This document shows positions 62,056 to 64,000 of a DNA stretch of 64,000 nt, one piece after another. Within the stretch, counting starts at the first letter, position 1; every line of letters starts with the position of its first letter. Location of the stretch: contig NC_086107.1 of the NCBI RefSeq assembly GCF_963921235.1, positions 96,412,001-96,476,000 on the forward strand. The letters run 5' to 3'. The translations under genes were made by a program, and so were the position numbers. Origin of the DNA: Mobula hypostoma. Its lineage: Eukaryota. The notes beneath the pieces were generated by a model. The model did not search any database. It saw only the letters and a list, made by a program, of their open reading frames with translations, and had not been told where the DNA came from.

Positions 62056-62489
62056 GAGACATTATGTTGAAACACAAACAAGAGACAAACTGCAATGCTG
62101 GAAAACCAAGCAACACATACCAAATCTGGAGGAACTCAGCAGGCTAGGCAGCATCTATGGAAAAGAGTACAGTTGACATTTTGTGCTGAGGCTCTTTATC
62201 AGGATTGTGTCGAAACTTCTGTGAACCACTCCTTTCATATTGTCCAGACATTACAGACCCCACCTATTGAGGGTTACAGATGTTCCCATGGGTGGGCTTC
62301 CTTTACAACTAATGTCACTCCATTAATGATTCAGTAGAGGACACCCTGCATTCTTGTATTTTGCTGCTATTATCTGCATCTAGATCTTTGACTTCCTCAC
62401 CGGGAGACCACAATTAGTGCAGATTAGAACTAATATCTTCTTGCTGACAATCAACACTGGCGCATCTCAAGGATGCTGCTTAGCCCACT

Positions 62490-62718
62490 GCCTTATGCAG
62501 AGGGTGGTGAGTGCATGGAATAGGCTGCTGGCGACGGTGGTGGAGGCAGATACATTAGGGTCTTTTAAGAGACTCCTGGATAGGTACATGGAGCTTAGGG
62601 AAAATGGAGGGCTATGGGTAACCCTAGGTAAGTTCTAAGGTAAGGACATGTTCGGCACAGCTTTGTGGGTCGAAGGGCCTGTATTGTGCTGTAGGTTTTC
62701 TATGTTTCTATGTTTCTA
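62490..62718 (+). mobile_element. CR1 3' fragment
   Basis: QRVVSAWNRL...SFKRLLDRYM followed by a (TTTCTATG)n tail. Confidence 0.75.
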
Positions 62719-63099
62719 CCAGCAGTAAATTGAAGTTAAAAGCACAGACTGCAAGACTGCATATACAAGAACCAAACATTAAAGCAATGGGGTTACGTGA
62801 ATGGGTTTCATCAAAGCAGTTATTTACGTCATTGTGACTTGAGCATAAGCTGGCAGACCAGACGGATGTTGTCACTTAGCATATCAAATATGGTCATAGG
62901 TGACGGCAATCAATAGCTTTTGGATACTTATGATACTTGCATGAATCCCAGAATAACTTGTGACCCAGTGATCTATCTGGACATTGAGGAAGGCTGCTGG
63001 TAAGAGCCTAACTTGCTAACGTAGGGGTGGATGCTCATGCAGATTTGGAGCGCAATGTCACACCCCTTTCCAGCAATTGTACAACACCTGAGCTCAGTC

Positions 63100-64000
63100 A
63101 GGGCGGCTGCAGTAACAGATCGGCAAGAGGACCGGGAATTTGAAACACAGTCAGGGTGGCAATGAGGGAAACCCCTTCATCGAGGATTACTTTCTTCGGA
63201 AGCTCCTGCTGGAATGCTATAAACTCAAGGTGAAGAACCTTATTTCGTCTGGGTAGCCTCCAACCTGATGGCATGAACATTGACTTCTCTAACTTCCGCT
63301 AATGTCCCACCTCCCCCTTGTACCCCATCCGTTATTTATTTATATACACACATTCTTTCTCTCACTCTCCTTTTTCTTCCTCTGTCCCTCTCACTATACC
63401 CCCTGCCCATCCTCTGGGTTTTTCCCCCCTCCCCCTTTTCCTTCTCCCTGGGCCTCCTGTCCCATGATCCTCTCGTATCCCTTTTGCCAATCACCTGTCC
63501 AGCTCTTGGCTCCATCCCTCCCCCTCCCGTCTTCTCCTATCATTTTGGATCTCCCCCTCCCCCTCCCACTTTCATATCTCTTACTAGCTCTTCCTTCAGT
63601 TAGTCCTGACGAAGGGTCTCGGCCCGAAATGTCGACTGTCCCTCTTCCTAGAGATGCTGCCTGGCCTGCTGCGTTCACCAGCAACTTTCATGTATGTTGC
63701 TTGCATTTCCAGCATCTGCAGAATTCCTCGTGTTTGCGTGAAGAACCTTTACTGTGTCCAAAACTTCACTGCTAAGGGCTTTTTCAATGTCACCTTCAAG
63801 TATATGGTGGGATGGTTGACATTGCTGTGGAACTTTTAGGAGAAAGGGAGAACTAGGTGCCGTTGTGATTTCTGAAGGTGCAGCCACTCTTGTCTGTCCC
63901 CTCCCAGAGGACCGTGTGATTGCAGTGCACATGTTCAAACCACAGGTGCTCGTAATGGATGTCCTCACCTTCGTGACCCATTACACCGAGGGAGCAGAAA
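63100..64000 (+). pseudogene. Degenerate Tx1-group ORF1 of a further subfamily, interrupted by Penelope and running off the window end
   Basis: GPGI*NTVRV...RKLLLECYKLKVKNL|YCVQNFTAKGFFNVTF...VIAVHMFKPQVLVMDVLTF aligns with the ORF1 N-terminus of copy 1. Confidence 0.75.
63242..63737 (+). mobile_element. Penelope-like element 3' end (GIY-YIG C-terminus and terminal repeat with hammerhead motif)
   Basis: FRLGSLQPDGMNIDFSNFR*; AGTC-CTGACGA-AGGGTCTCGGCCC-GAAA-TGTC-GACT at 63602-63637; TSD GTGAAGAACCTT (63230-63241, 63738-63749). Confidence 0.85.

Overview
Vertebrate genomic DNA, most likely an elasmobranch (inferred from the shark/ray-type CR1, Penelope and Tx1 repeats). No host protein-coding exon is recognisable. 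1-37 kb is a deeply nested pile of transposons: L1 inside a Gypsy pol; a hAT carrying a perfect Penelope hairpin inside the Gypsy LTR; CR1 inside Tc1; and a Tigger opened by Rex1, three tandem Tx1 elements and an ORF2-intact L1. The most notable structure is an orphan U2 snRNA 5' fragment (nt 1-52, 14708-14759) fused to two tandem Keno-like Tx1 retrotransposons separated by a copy of the U2 target TCTGTTCTTATCAG. The whole block lies outside any U2 gene, at a U2-like site. 39.5-57.2 kb is a hierarchical, apparently non-coding local duplication array ending in a CpG-rich, YY1-motif copy. Retroelements in 1-51 kb are almost all on the + strand, compatible with an antisense TE-trap or piRNA-cluster-like locus (inference). 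All family calls come from motif recognition by eye, without database searches, and boundaries of degenerate elements are approximate.
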